A stretch of 64,000 nt of DNA from Picochlorum sp. SENEW3 (GCA_034226945.1 CP120453.1:868001-932000), one strand, 5' to 3'; positions 1 to 12,022 are shown, numbered from the stretch's first letter. Notes: generated by a model not told the origin, from the letters alone. Made by a program: numbers and translations.

Positions 1-226
1 GTCGTTGGATGGGAAGGTTGTGCGTGGCATTCGGCCCATCATGTTGTCTCTAAACAAGCAGAGAATGCACCCTAGAGGATAAGAAAATATATTACATATA
101 GAAAAAATATTGTAACTGGACGTTCGTATCCAAATGAGATAGAGAAGGAGGGCGTGCGTGACTCTGCAGAACTGCTAGGAAACACAGGGTGCCGTAAACC
201 ATTTAGATCGCTCCTTGACTGGATAG

Positions 227-1060
227 ATGGGTAAAGGTGGAACAAAATTTGTCGGAGATTCTCTGGCAGCGCGTTCCGGGAAGGTGAGGGGATTCTCGAG
301 AAAGGACAGAACAAAAGAGTTGGACCAGTTTCTGAAGACAGGAAGGCACCCAGCATTCGGTACTCATGAGGGCAACCTTCCACAGCTACCTGAATCTAGA
401 TCTACTAGACCCCACATATTTTTCGATTACTCGATGAATGGAGAAAAGGTTGGGAGGGTTGTCGTAGAATTGTATCAGGACATAGTGCCTGCTGCTGTGG
501 GGCATGTTCTGACACAATGTGTCAACGGTGGCTCATACCAGCATACGAGAGTGCATAAAATCCTTAAAGGCCTGGCCTTGTTTGGAGGGAAATCGAAGAA
601 GCAGGAGATTATGAAGTTTCGAGTGGAGCCTAGTCTCTGTCATGTGGATGGATGCCTCCTATCTGTTGCTCGTGATGGTTTGTCATATGCATTAACATTG
701 ACAAGGGCCCTACATTTAGACGAAACGCATCAAGTTGTAGGGAGGGTCGTTCGGGGGGCAGAAGTAGTAGATGAAATTTGTAGTATGTCTGCCAAGGCAG
801 ATGATAGTCCTGTGAGGCAGATTGAAGTTTCGAATTGTGGTACGACAGATAAAGATGGAGAAATTGAGTTTGATTCATTCAAAAATAAGGGAGCAATTGA
901 TCCAAATGAGAGTTTGGTTGAGGCAAGGAAAGAATTGCAAGAAGCGTTGAAGGTTGGCATCAAGCGTCATGAGGAATCTGAGATGGCCTCAAAACCCAAA
1001 AAGGTCAAGAAAATTATGGCATTAGATGACTCTTCAAGTTCGGATGATGAAAGTGATTAA
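227..1060 (+). CDS. Divergent cyclophilin-like protein with basic N-terminus and K/S/D-rich tail
   Basis: Motifs PHIFFDYSMNGEKVGRVVVELYQDIVP and HLDETHQVVGRVVRG follow the cyclophilin fold; several active-site positions are substituted. Confidence 0.8.
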   Translation: MGKGGTKFVGDSLAARSGKVRGFSRKDRTKELDQFLKTGRHPAFGTHEGNLPQLPESRSTRPHIFFDYSMNGEKVGRVVVELYQDIVPAAVGHVLTQCVNGGSYQHTRVHKILKGLALFGGKSKKQEIMKFRVEPSLCHVDGCLLSVARDGLSYALTLTRALHLDETHQVVGRVVRGAEVVDEICSMSAKADDSPVRQIEVSNCGTTDKDGEIEFDSFKNKGAIDPNESLVEARKELQEALKVGIKRHEESEMASKPKKVKKIMALDDSSSSDDESD

Positions 1061-1082
1061 ATATAGAAGCATAATGTTTCAA

Positions 1083-3109
1083 CTATTGAGAGAAGAAATT
1101 TGAGAATTCCTGTTTCTGTTTCTGAGAGGCTGCTCTGGCTTTCCTCCGCAGAATTGCTTTTTCTCGTGCAATATCTTCTTCTAAAGACGAATCTATCTTA
1201 ACGATTTGATTGAAATCGTCTAAAAGCTTCCTCAAAAGGGACATAGATTGCTTTGCCTTTGCTCTTCGAAAATATGCCTTTGTGCTTTCTGGATGCTCAC
1301 TGCAAGAATACACATGTGTATATTTGTTGTTATTACCATACCATACCATTGTAGAACTAACGCATGTGCCCTACCTGAGAGCTCGCTCACACCATTCAAT
1401 TGCCTCACCAAATGCTGAATTCTTTTGGCAACAAGCAGCCAAGTTGAGCATGCATGATATCTTTAAATTAAATGCAGCATCAGAATCGTCGCCTGTAAAC
1501 TCATACGATTTGCTAACACATTGAAGGGCCTTGTCATATTTTCCTTTTGCTAGAGATATTTGATCCTGTTTGTACAAGGTATTTCCTATCTCTTTCAACG
1601 CGGAAGCTCTCTGAAGCTTTGCCTCTGGAGACAGAGCTTCTACTGGTACTGCCTCTTTAAATGCAGTTAACTCGATCTCAATCTCCACCTTTTCTCCTCT
1701 AGGATATTCCAAAGATTTCGATGGCATGTGAGATGCAAGATTGTCATCAAATGTTGTCTTCAAAACAGACTTCTCGTGCAAGAGCATCAATCTCACAGCA
1801 GTATCCAAGACAGTGGGAAGAAGTCCCATTCCTGTCGATACCTCTAGAGCCTCTGTCTCATTTTCTGTCAGAAGTGGGTTCCATGTCGACGCACCAACTT
1901 TGCGAATTCTTGTCCGAATGGAGACAGATGTATCTTCCATGGGACAGTCAATGGGGAATTCACCAGTCCCTTTGCAGACTATTCGCTTGATTGTCTTCCC
2001 ATCACCCATCAAATCTCTAGCCTGAAGGAAATCTATTAGCCTGACATGGAACTCTACAAAGGGCGTCTGAATCTCTGGCAATGTGCTCCCTGGCAGATCC
2101 AAAGCTTGCACCATTGGATGCTGTATCTGAGCAGGGCAAAATATGATGGACTCTTCCCCCTTCCTCATAGCACAAATGCCTGCTTCAAGCCCTTTTGGAA
2201 GAGATCCATCCCCGATATCACACGTGATGGTTGACTCTGGATGTATCACTGTAGAGGGAGATACTATTGATTTTCCTGTAACAACCACCGTCACTGTATA
2301 TGGCTCTCTAGGTGTCTCCCATCCTTCTCCATCACATAATTCTTCTTTAAATACATTGCTATTATCATCAATCTCTATCATCTTGGCTTGTGATCTCCAC
2401 ATGATGAGTTCTATATCTGCTTTATACGTCTCTGTGTCATCTATAAAGGATCCATAACTCTTCATGGCCTGAGCCATCGAGGACTGCGACACTTCACGAT
2501 GCAAAAAACACATGCTGGGCTTCATAACCACTACTGATCTCTCTCCAGCAGTCATGGACAGCACAGCAATCTCAATTCCCCGCAATGGCCGAGCAGAGGC
2601 CTTTTCCAACATGTACAGACATGGCTGTCCTGTCCCACCATGTTCGTGTCTTGTGGAAAAAAGGATCGAATCGTCCTTGTCATGAGCAATAGTGACATGT
2701 AAGAAGACCTATACCAAGAGCAACGTGTATGACTTAGTGTCGGTTACAGGTCCAGCACGCCATGCTACAGAGTTGGCGTCATATCAGATACCTCAAGCAA
2801 AGACACCTACCAAATCTCCCTTCCGAGGCGTTTCACCTCCTTCAGCTCCTGGCTGAATTACTGCCTTCATAACCCCTCCTGAGATCAATTCATCCTCTTC
2901 TCTATACAACATGGGCAGAAGAGTAGCAACAAAGACACGGGGCCAACATGTCCACACAGACGCACATTCAGTCAACAAACATACCTTGACGCAGATCCAT
3001 CATCAATTCCGAGTTCTTTATAGTCTACCTCTGCTTTTATATCATTTAAATTGATCAAATCCCTCCGAATCGCCTCAAACTTGTCCTGCAGATCCTGGAG
3101 AGAACGCAT
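1083..3109 (-). CDS. PAS1: Multi-FKBP + TPR immunophilin, PASTICCINO1/FKBP72-like (spliced)
   Basis: GGVMKAVIQPG, GEGWETPREPY and GDGKTIKRIVCKGTGEFPIDCPMED resemble plant PAS1; TPRs KEIGNTLYK...LNLAAC...KAYFRRAKA. First exon MRSLQDLQDKF from ATG 3109; GT-AG introns. Confidence 0.85.
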
Positions 3110-3265
3110 GGCTTGATTGCTCCTTTGAGTTTCGGAGAACCAACAGCACAAGTCTCCTCAAAACGGTACCAACACGTGGTTTCGATTGTAAGAAATTATC
3201 TACTTTAATTATTATTACGAGGAGGAGAAAATGTGTGTATGGACATTCAATGTCGAAGATGATTT

Positions 3266-3955
3266 TTAATTTCGAACTGACAGCAATTTGACATCCATGA
3301 GAAGAGTTCGGTTGAAATCTTGTAGTGTTGGGTTGTCAAGGACGAAATCAAGAGCTCTCTGCCCACCTAAATCATTTGGCTGTGGACCATACCTGTATTT
3401 GTACAAACTGCTCTCTTCGCTAGAGGACAGGAAACGTTGTGATCGATCCCTTGGATACCCCAACTCTGGATGGTTTCCTACAATCTGAAGCCTCCTAACC
3501 CCCCCTACTTTCATACCAGACACAGCCTCTTCAATAGCTGGAATAGCTTCCTTGCGACCCAGCCGAAATTCATACGGTTCATCTTTCAATGAGGAATTAC
3601 CAAAGCGTTTCCCTTGATAGCCCTCAGTGTATCCAGCCCAGTGAATCACGCATGTGCTGCCTTCCTTTGGCAATTTCCCGGATCCTTCTTTAATATCATA
3701 GAATCTGAGTCCAGAAGCAGTCTCTGTGAAGTCATCCGCTGCCCAGGCTGGTTTCTCCAAGTCCAAACCAATGCTGCAAGAAGCATAGAGGAAGCATAGC
3801 AAGGCTCGACGATCTATCAGCTCTACAGAGTCGCCATTATCGAAATTTCTGATCGATCTTACAGGTTTCAGTACAGATGCACGATGGATGGCTCTTCTCG
3901 AAACTAGTGGACTCTTTGGATTGCCGGTTTGCAAATGCACAGTCGAGGCTTGCAT
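3266..3955 (-). CDS. Thylakoid-lumen FKBP-type PPIase (FKBP19-like)
   Basis: Transit peptide with Tat-like DRRALL...AWA; FKBP motifs TASGLRFYDIKEGSG, GMKVGGVRRL, GQRALDFVL. Confidence 0.85.
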   Translation of the reverse strand: MQASTVHLQTGNPKSPLVSRRAIHRASVLKPVRSIRNFDNGDSVELIDRRALLCFLYASCSIGLDLEKPAWAADDFTETASGLRFYDIKEGSGKLPKEGSTCVIHWAGYTEGYQGKRFGNSSLKDEPYEFRLGRKEAIPAIEEAVSGMKVGGVRRLQIVGNHPELGYPRDRSQRFLSSSEESSLYKYRYGPQPNDLGGQRALDFVLDNPTLQDFNRTLLMDVKLLSVRN

Positions 3956-4009
3956 CTCAATTGGATATTACACGAAATATTCATATATTATTATGATATG
4001 CACAGATGG

Positions 4010-5541
4010 TTACATGCCCATCTCTCGGAAGAATGCAATAGTTTCTTCCAAAGACTGGACAAAGCAATCTACATCTTCGAGTGTATTGTAAATGTACGGG
4101 CTTGCTCGGATCGACGCTGCGACACCGAGACTTTGATGCAATGGCTGCGTACAAAGATGGCCAGACCTGACTGCGATGCCGTTCTGATCCAGGATTGTTG
4201 ATAGGTCAGTGGGATGGATGCCTTCCACATTGAATGTTGCCAGGGCAGATCTGCCCTGATCGGCATCATATGATGGACCATACACTGTCAGACCTTTGAT
4301 ATTTTGTAACTGCACCACACAAAATCATGATTTAGTACCGCTATCCTAGATGCAATACCATGCATACACACACACCTTTGAATGCAAATACATGCCCAGA
4401 TGCTTTTCATATGCCTCTACATTGTCCATTCCAATGTTCTGCAAGAAATCACATGCTGCCCCGAAACCAATAGCCTCTGCAATTGCTGGGGTGCCTGCTT
4501 CAAACCGAGACGGTGGTGCGGCGAACGTGGTCTTCTCAAGTGTCACAACATCAATCATCTCACCTCCTCCCATCCATGGTGGCATGGACTCTAATGCTTC
4601 CGTGGTTCCCCACAGGAACCCAATACCAGTTGGACCGCACATCTTGTGAGCAGACCCTACTATCCAATCCACCCCAAGCCTCTGCACGTCAATGGGAATA
4701 TTTGCCACGGACTGGCATGCGTCCAAAAGAACTTTTGAACCCACTCGCTTGGCCATCTCTACAACCTTGTCCACAGGCAGATGGCACCCCAAAGCATTGC
4801 TCATATGCACCAGAGAGATCAACCTCGTCCTGGGTCCAACCAGTTCTTCTAACACATTCATGTCCAATCTCTGATTCGTATCCAATGGTACAAACTTGAG
4901 CACCACACCCCTTTTCTCAGCCAAGAGTTGCCATGGGACAATATTGCTATGATGTTCGGCCACAGACAGAATAATCTCGTCACCCTCCGATAGAGTAGAA
5001 CCCCATGTATTGGCCACCAGATTGATTGCCTCCGTGGCATTCCTCGTGAAGACGATATTCTCTGGAGTTGAGGAATTGACAAAACCTGCCACCTTTTGCC
5101 TGGCACTCTCGTACTCTGTCGTCGCCCTTGCACTGAGTGCATGGACACCACGATGCACATTGCTATTATATTCTCTATAGTACTCTGTCATAGTACTAAT
5201 AACGCTGTCGGGCTTCTGTGAGGTGGCAGCGTTGTCCAGATAAACCAGGCGTTTGCCGTGAACCTCTTGGTCCAATACGGGAAACTCTTGTCTAATTTCT
5301 TTTCCTAATTCAGCAATTGAATCGACGCTAAGAGCTCTCTGCAATGGATGACGGTCGTGAGAAGGATACTTGTGTGTGTTCGAATAATACAGACTACTAC
5401 CACCTATTTCAAAACAAAACGCACATGAACAGTTGGAGAGAACCTAGTACTATGTATGTTAACTCTAGTAGATCCTTTTACGCTGTTAAATGCCCCAATA
5501 TGGCCTTTTGGGCCAGAGGACAGTGACACTCGTTGGGCCAT
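4010..5541 (-). CDS. SUFS: Plastid cysteine desulfurase (SufS/NFS2 type), spliced
   Basis: YLDNAATSQKP, SAHKMCGPTG (PLP lysine), FEAGTP, AVRSGHLC (group II). First exon inferred from ATG 5541 with a ~47-nt intron. Confidence 0.95.
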
Positions 5542-5759
5542 GGTGTGCTGGAATTGACCCAAATACGCTCAAGAAATGGAAATTACAACGTTGATAAAAA
5601 CAAATTCAAAAATAAAATGGACAATTAGAAGTCTGCACCGTGTATTATAGCGTAAATCAATCATTTTTTATTCTCCAGCCAAACATGCCCGATTACCACT
5701 GGTGGTGATCACCATGCCATGGTTAGTGCTTCCACCAAAGATCATGGGTGCTGGACCAC

Positions 5760-6899
5760 CTACAGTATCAGTTCTAGATCTTTGATGCAAATATTTGCAG
5801 TCTCTGAACCCAGATTTTCAAAGTGGAGTCTATTCAGATCTGCTTCGCTGATATCGTCGCAGGTAAATGCACTCATATCAAAGGAAAACTTCTCCCAACC
5901 TCCCTCGGCTCTTTCAACTTTTGTTGCCCTTGGAAGCTTTGTACGAGAATCCCAGCAGCCATTTCCCTGATCGTTATTGATCATGAACGCTACATCTGAC
6001 ATGGACCCACTGCTTTTTGCTAAAAATTCAACCCTCTTGGCTTTTTGCATCATCTTCTCAATCTTTGGCTTGTGACTCCGAAAGTGAAATCCGCCATAGG
6101 TGAAAATATTGGCACACAATGCTTTAGATCCATCTTTGAGATCCACTAAATTCGGATGATATGTCTTAATCGAGTTTTTTTCGTTTGAATATACGGTTTT
6201 CTGCCACCCGAGCCCAATCTTTCCCTGGACAAAGACTTTGGGACTTATTCCTTGTTGGAAATTTTCCTCCCATGTCTTCCAATCACTATCAACTAATTCC
6301 CGAAATTTTGCAACGCAAGGGACTGGCCTATAAGACAATCCAATAATACCTTTTCCTGGATCAGCCAGCCTCCCGAAAGCCTGCTCAGAAAGGTCGAGAT
6401 GATCCATATCTCCACAGCACCATTCTTCATTTCCTGAGCAAGGACATGTATCTACAACCTTGACTACAATCGACATGGACTCATTATAGCATGCATCCTC
6501 ACGAGGCAGATTTACTTGTCCACTAGAAGAAATTGCACGAATTCCCCTGCATTTTACCTCATAGCATAGGCCACAAGAGCCTCGGAAGTCAGGATGTACG
6601 TCTGGCAGGGCAGCCACAGAGTCTATTCCGAAATCCGCTTCGTAACCATCGACCCCTTCCAATTTGCCATATCCGCAAGAACCTTGTCCAGGATGGTTAT
6701 ACCATGTTGCCCTCCCTTTCTTCCAATCCACAGCAGCTACCACTGTAACAAACAAGAACAGCATGCATGCTGTTTCAACCACAAAGCTATTCATCTGATT
6801 CCTGGCAATATTCTGTGTTTTGTTTGAAATTATTGAGATCGTGAACGCCAATACCCCTGATGGAAGTACTGATGCATTAAATGATTGATTCTGACGCAA
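5760..6899 (-). CDS. Secreted expansin-like (DPBB) protein with an extra C-terminal beta-rich domain
   Basis: Hydrophobic signal, then GRATWY...GSCGYG, CGLCYEVKC, VVDTCPC, HLDLS, YRPVPC. True start may be a downstream Met. Confidence 0.85.
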   Translation of the reverse strand: MRQNQSFNASVLPSGVLAFTISIISNKTQNIARNQMNSFVVETACMLFLFVTVVAAVDWKKGRATWYNHPGQGSCGYGKLEGVDGYEADFGIDSVAALPDVHPDFRGSCGLCYEVKCRGIRAISSSGQVNLPREDACYNESMSIVVKVVDTCPCSGNEEWCCGDMDHLDLSEQAFGRLADPGKGIIGLSYRPVPCVAKFRELVDSDWKTWEENFQQGISPKVFVQGKIGLGWQKTVYSNEKNSIKTYHPNLVDLKDGSKALCANIFTYGGFHFRSHKPKIEKMMQKAKRVEFLAKSSGSMSDVAFMINNDQGNGCWDSRTKLPRATKVERAEGGWEKFSFDMSAFTCDDISEADLNRLHFENLGSETANICIKDLELIL

Positions 6900-7117
6900 G
6901 AGGGGATGACGCTACAGCGGGGGACTGGTCAACTTCTCCTTGGCTTGTTTTGCATGAATATGAAGCAGATGTTCATGATCCTCATGCATTTTGCTGGCAA
7001 GATAAGTCGTACATCCTCATGAGGAGAGTCGAACGTCGCAATGGTCATACATGCTTGATTGGGATGGATCGAAAAGGGAAATTGGCCAAGTTGATGCATC
7101 CTAGAAAATTCAAATGT

Positions 7118-7148
7118 GTCTGACAGGCGTGTCAGACGGATGTCAGAC
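7118..7148. promoter_or_regulatory. TGTCAGAC triplet (one inverted, one direct repeat) upstream of the expansin-like gene
   Basis: GTCTGACA 7118-7125, TGTCAGAC 7130-7137 and 7141-7148; function is inferred. Confidence 0.35.
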
Positions 7149-7221
7149 GACGAACATTACACATCAGTTGGCAAATACATTTCCACAGGACGCGCAGTAA
7201 AACAATAAATACGTGTCAGGA

Positions 7222-9094
7222 CTACTGCCGAATATGGCCCGAATAGTCCTGTCGAAAATCAGTGTTCACAGTATCCCAGTCCTCGGCAACTGTTTGCTCA
7301 AAGGAACCTCGAGACTTTGATAATTCTTTTGAGATCAAGCTGAAATCTTGAGCCTGTTCTTTCTTCCACCTATCATAGTCAAATTCGTTTCTACGCGTGA
7401 TTTCTTGGTATCCTCGATCCGCAGCTTGGACGGCAGCCTCAAGGGCAGCAATATCATTCTTTGAGGACTCAATCTTTTTCGCTATTGACGGATCACTCAT
7501 GGCACTCGCATTCTGAGTTGATTCTAAATACACCAATGAATCTTTGGCCTTTCGTAAATCTTCTTGCAGATTTGTCAGGGTGAGGAATGCAGTCTCCCTT
7601 TCCTTCAATGCATCCAGTGCTGCTGGTGCCATAGCCAGCTGCCCATGAATGGGATCGAGAGAGAGAAGCGTCATTTCTGCAGCATTTCTTTCCTGCCTGC
7701 TCATCTTCACTGCCATCATACCTACCCTTCTAGCATCCGATGCCAAAGTTTGCGTCGTCGAGGTGAATTCAGAGTACTGGCCTGTTGGTCCACCATACTC
7801 GTCCTCATATTTTGCAAGTCGAATGAGCGACAACCCGACGTCACCTGTAATACTAGCGAATCGTTCCATTTCTCTGACAATTTTCTCTGATTTTCTGGAC
7901 AAGTCAACCAAAGAATCTGAGTATGCTTCTATCCCTGCTTTCAGTTCCTGCACACATGTATAAAGCCTTGGTCAGTCTTCACCTGCACCAAGCAAACTCG
8001 TTACAAAACGACATACCCTAAGTTTAGATTCCTTCTCTGGTAACTGTATTGAAGAATGCGACACTTCTTGTCGCATTTTCTCACCCATCTCCCTCAACAT
8101 TCGCAGTACATCATTAGTATTTCGAGCATTCTTAGAAACATCGTTCACATTGGGAATGGAGGTCTCTGACCCCATCAGCTGGCTGGGAAGTCTAGATACA
8201 CCTTCAATAATACTTGCCCGCAGAGGCTGTAACTGCTGCCATTCCAAACTCTCCAAAAGCTTTCCTTCAGCTGTGAGAAAGACTCGCAACTCATCCCCAC
8301 AGCCAATGACAGGATGCTCACACAACCTACTCAAGTACCGTTGTAAGTCAGCCCTTCGATATTCTATAAAATCAGCCTCTGGCCGCCCGTTCGTAGCCGC
8401 ATCAAGCGTTCCCTTTTCTGGCCGTGGGAAAATGAAATACCCACGCTGATTCTCATTCAAAAGATCTGCTAATGCCTATAGAAAACACAATGCCGTGCGT
8501 CATGACTACTTCGAATAGTTCAATATCTTTGACATGAAATTGTCCACACGTACCACGAAATCGCTAAACCTGCGCCGAACTTCCACCTGCCGAAACTCAG
8601 AGGACAACACTGAACTTGAAAACACAGACGTTATCAAGTACTCATAGTGTGATGACGTCAAACCAGGGATATATGGATGATCAGATACGTGCTTTATCGG
8701 ATCTGTAACAGAAACTGTGATTGTTGAACGTCCCTCGGACTCTTCTCCAACATCCTGACCGTTTCCTAGAGCAGTTGTCACTTCCAAGTCTCGCTTGTCT
8801 CTTGGCCCCTTCTCCTTGGTCTTCACAGTTAACTTGCGTTTAATTGAAGCTTTATTTTCGTCTTCTTCGATTAATGGTCCTTTTTCCTCATCGATTTCAG
8901 TCAAACCCAAGGGAGTAGAGTGAGAGTCCTCCTTCGAACTAGACTTGGAAGGACGTGGCTCTTCTCCAACAGTGACCTCTTCATCCTGTATAGAAGAAGA
9001 TAAATATCATTTTCATTGATATATAATCATCGTGAGTACCAAGACAACCAACCTCTGTCGTCCCAAGGGCGCGAAGTGGATCTTCCACCACCAT
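7222..9094 (-). CDS. SNX2: Sorting nexin 2/Vps5-like (PX + BAR), spliced
   Basis: PX motifs VSVTDP, VRRRFSDF, PRPEK, FIEYRRADLQRYL, HPVI; C-terminal BAR coiled coil; first exon MVVEDPL. Confidence 0.85.
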
Positions 9095-9289
9095 AATGCC
9101 TTGTATTGTATTCGTTATCAACGAATACTGATAAACCAAATCCAAAAGTAACAATTTTCAATTGAATGTACCAGTTCTGGACGCATGTGCTCATGTATTT
9201 GACCACAAGATCTGTTATGAGATCTGATCAGATGCTCATCATGGCATGAGAGCATGTAGAACAGTACCACATTCTCATTCAAAATAACC

Positions 9290-10030
9290 ATGATTGCAGC
9301 AAATAAGAACTATTCACCCCAGTTGGGGCTGTGTCACCCCCATACTATTCGAACTAGTAGTGGAGTTGGCAGACGAGTTACACATGGATTTAGGCGAGCC
9401 TTCCACCCAGTGCGGGCGGAGGATGGTGATAGAGTACAAAATATAGCAGAAAATGGTATGAATTGATGAGAGTATGAGCACACCAAGGTGCGATGTCTCT
9501 TACGTGTTTGGCTGTGGTTTGTTGCAGATAAGCAAGAGATAAACAAGGTAGAGGAGACTGCCAACGATGTCAATCTGGATAAAGAGGTCACCAAATTTGC
9601 CAGGAATGCGGCTACTACGTTTGCACCCAGGGCATCGGGTGCGACAAAGAATCCAGCATACAAGGGGAGTTTGCTGTACACTGTATTTGATGTGCAGGCC
9701 TGGGTGGCCCTTGTGGTGGGAGGATTACTGTCATTCAACATTATTTTCCCATCTGATGAGCCAGATATTGCTCGTTTGATGGGAATGTGGTCTATTTGGA
9801 TGTTTACAATTCCCTCTTTACGAGCACGCGAGTGCACGCAGCCCGAAAAGGATGCACTGAACCTTCTCTTTCTGGCCATTCCGCTTGCCAATGTCTTGTT
9901 GCCATTTGTGTGGAAGAATTTCGGCTTCATTTTCACGGCAGACTGCGTGTTATTAGCTGGGGTATTTGCATGGAAAGGACTATTGCCAGGTGGTTCGGCG
10001 TCAACAACACAAGACGATGCGGCAGTGTAA
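9290..10030 (+). CDS. RPH1: RESISTANCE TO PHYTOPHTHORA 1-like plastid membrane protein (one intron)
   Basis: TFAPRAS..KNPA and SFNIIFPSDEPDIARLMGMWSIWMFTIPSLRAR match RPH1 as recalled; transit-like first exon. Confidence 0.85.
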
Positions 10031-10216
10031 TACACACATTTGCATGTGAGATATCTCTGGAGAGACGGAACCTTCGACATCAACGCGCCACCTGATGACG
10101 TGGATAGATGAAACTTGACGAGTCCTATTCATTCACTTTCATTCATTAAGTAAAATGTAATATCATACATACATAAAATAAATATCGACTATTTAGACAT
10201 ATATACCTGCTTTATA

Positions 10217-12022
10217 ATGCTGCGTTGGATAGCTGCTTCGCAGCAGCCTGCAATTGCATTTATCGAAGGGCTTTTGAAGAATCGAAAGCCCGACTATAAA
10301 CCTTCCGTCTACGGTGACAAACCGGAAGGGATACAACCAAGTAGTACTAAAGAAATAGAGGATATTTTGGTGAGACTAGATGGACAAGCCATGGAATGGC
10401 GAAAGAAGACCAGGAAGGAGAAGGCCAAGGTCTTACGACAGTGCTGCACAAGTTTGACAGATATGGCAGAAGAGCTGGCTTCACTGTCAACAGAGCATAA
10501 AGGTACATATGGTCAGGGTATTGGTGAGGAGTATTTGGGCGTGATCCCAATTGCTTCCTACTTGCTAGAGGTATCTGAGTCATTGGAGTCTGATGGGTAC
10601 ATGAAACCATACAAGATTCGAGCGTCTCCGGATCAGACCCAGTGGATTGTGGATGTATTCCCCACAGGTATCGACACCCTTTCTTTTGGAGGATTCCAAG
10701 GGGAACTGTGGATAAGCCCTGGCCATGGTGTTACGCAAGGTCACACGGTGAGCAATGCAGAGAATGATGATGTCAATGCTCCAGGGGTGGGGCTTGTGCT
10801 CGGAGCTGGGAACCAGTATCCATTAGCTATCTTGGATATTTTTCACATATTGGTAATGCAGAGTCGTGTGGTTGTGTGTAAGATGAATCCTGTGAATGAA
10901 TACATGGGGCCTTTGTTGAGACGAGCATTGGCACCTCTTGTTGAGAATGGATATTTGGAATTTGTATACGGAGGTCCAAAGCAGGGATCGTTCTTAGTTG
11001 ATAATCCACTGATAAAATCTATTCATTTGACGGGGTCCTGTAGCACATATGATAAAATCCTGTGGAAAGGCAAGCCAAAGAATGGTGAGCCAAAGTGCCA
11101 GAAGGATGTGAGTGCAGAACTGGGATGTGTGACGCCATACATCATCGTTCCAGGGAAATGGAATGCAGAGGATATAGAATATCATGCAAACAATGTAGTC
11201 TCTGGACTTGTACACAATGCTGGTCACAATTGCTTGAAGGCAGAGGTCTTGGTGACGGATGCATCATGGCCCCAACGAGAGGAATTTCTAGATGCTGTCA
11301 GAAGAATTTTGAGTTCAACGCCTCAGCGTTCTGCATACTACCCTGGCAGTGAGGAAAAATTTAATAGATTTGAGAAACGTTTTCCGGAGTGTGAGAGCTT
11401 GGGAAAAGATGTAGCATCCGAGGCGCCATCAGGCAAGGAATATGGGTCTCATCATCCATGGAAATTCCAAACGGGGCTGGACGAGGAAACATGCCATGTC
11501 TCTGAAGAGAACTGGTGTGGTGTTTTGCAAGAAGTCTCGTTGGATCGTCGGGGTGATTCTGTCTCCGAGTTTCTGGATGTAGCATCAGATTTTGTGAACG
11601 ACAAGTGCTGGGGGACATTATCTTGCTCTGTCTTCATAGATCCCAGAACACAGAGGAAACATTCGAGCGAATTCAATACTTTCATAGCTAATCTTAAGTA
11701 TGGATCAATATGTATCAATGTACCTGGAATGGTGGGCTTTGGGGTGACTAAACTGACCTGGGGAGCCTATGGAGATGATAACACCTGCAACCCTACCCCC
11801 AGTCATGATATTGGAAGCGGTAATTGCAAGGTCCACAACTCCTTACTTTTTGACAATGTACAAAAATCAGTGATTCATGGACCATGGCAGTTTCATCCAT
11901 TCCCATACTGGCTCGTGTCGAACAGGAATACAGAGGAGATTGGCAAGAAGGCCCTTGAGTATTTTGTCCACAAGTCCTTCAAGACATTGTCAGGCGTTCT
12001 TGTGGCTGCCCTCAAAGGGTGA
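10217..12022 (+). CDS. Aldehyde dehydrogenase superfamily protein (atypical subgroup), intronless
   Basis: GAGNQ (Asn), KMNP, HLTGS, AELG (Glu), NAGHNC (catalytic Cys), GSICIN. Confidence 0.85.
   Translation: MLRWIAASQQPAIAFIEGLLKNRKPDYKPSVYGDKPEGIQPSSTKEIEDILVRLDGQAMEWRKKTRKEKAKVLRQCCTSLTDMAEELASLSTEHKGTYGQGIGEEYLGVIPIASYLLEVSESLESDGYMKPYKIRASPDQTQWIVDVFPTGIDTLSFGGFQGELWISPGHGVTQGHTVSNAENDDVNAPGVGLVLGAGNQYPLAILDIFHILVMQSRVVVCKMNPVNEYMGPLLRRALAPLVENGYLEFVYGGPKQGSFLVDNPLIKSIHLTGSCSTYDKILWKGKPKNGEPKCQKDVSAELGCVTPYIIVPGKWNAEDIEYHANNVVSGLVHNAGHNCLKAEVLVTDASWPQREEFLDAVRRILSSTPQRSAYYPGSEEKFNRFEKRFPECESLGKDVASEAPSGKEYGSHHPWKFQTGLDEETCHVSEENWCGVLQEVSLDRRGDSVSEFLDVASDFVNDKCWGTLSCSVFIDPRTQRKHSSEFNTFIANLKYGSICINVPGMVGFGVTKLTWGAYGDDNTCNPTPSHDIGSGNCKVHNSLLFDNVQKSVIHGPWQFHPFPYWLVSNRNTEEIGKKALEYFVHKSFKTLSGVLVAALKG

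Noticed and set aside
9334..10083. 249-aa minus-strand ORF (and many similar antisense ORFs in the track)
   Set aside because: Shadow of the RPH1-like gene on the other strand; no motifs of its own.
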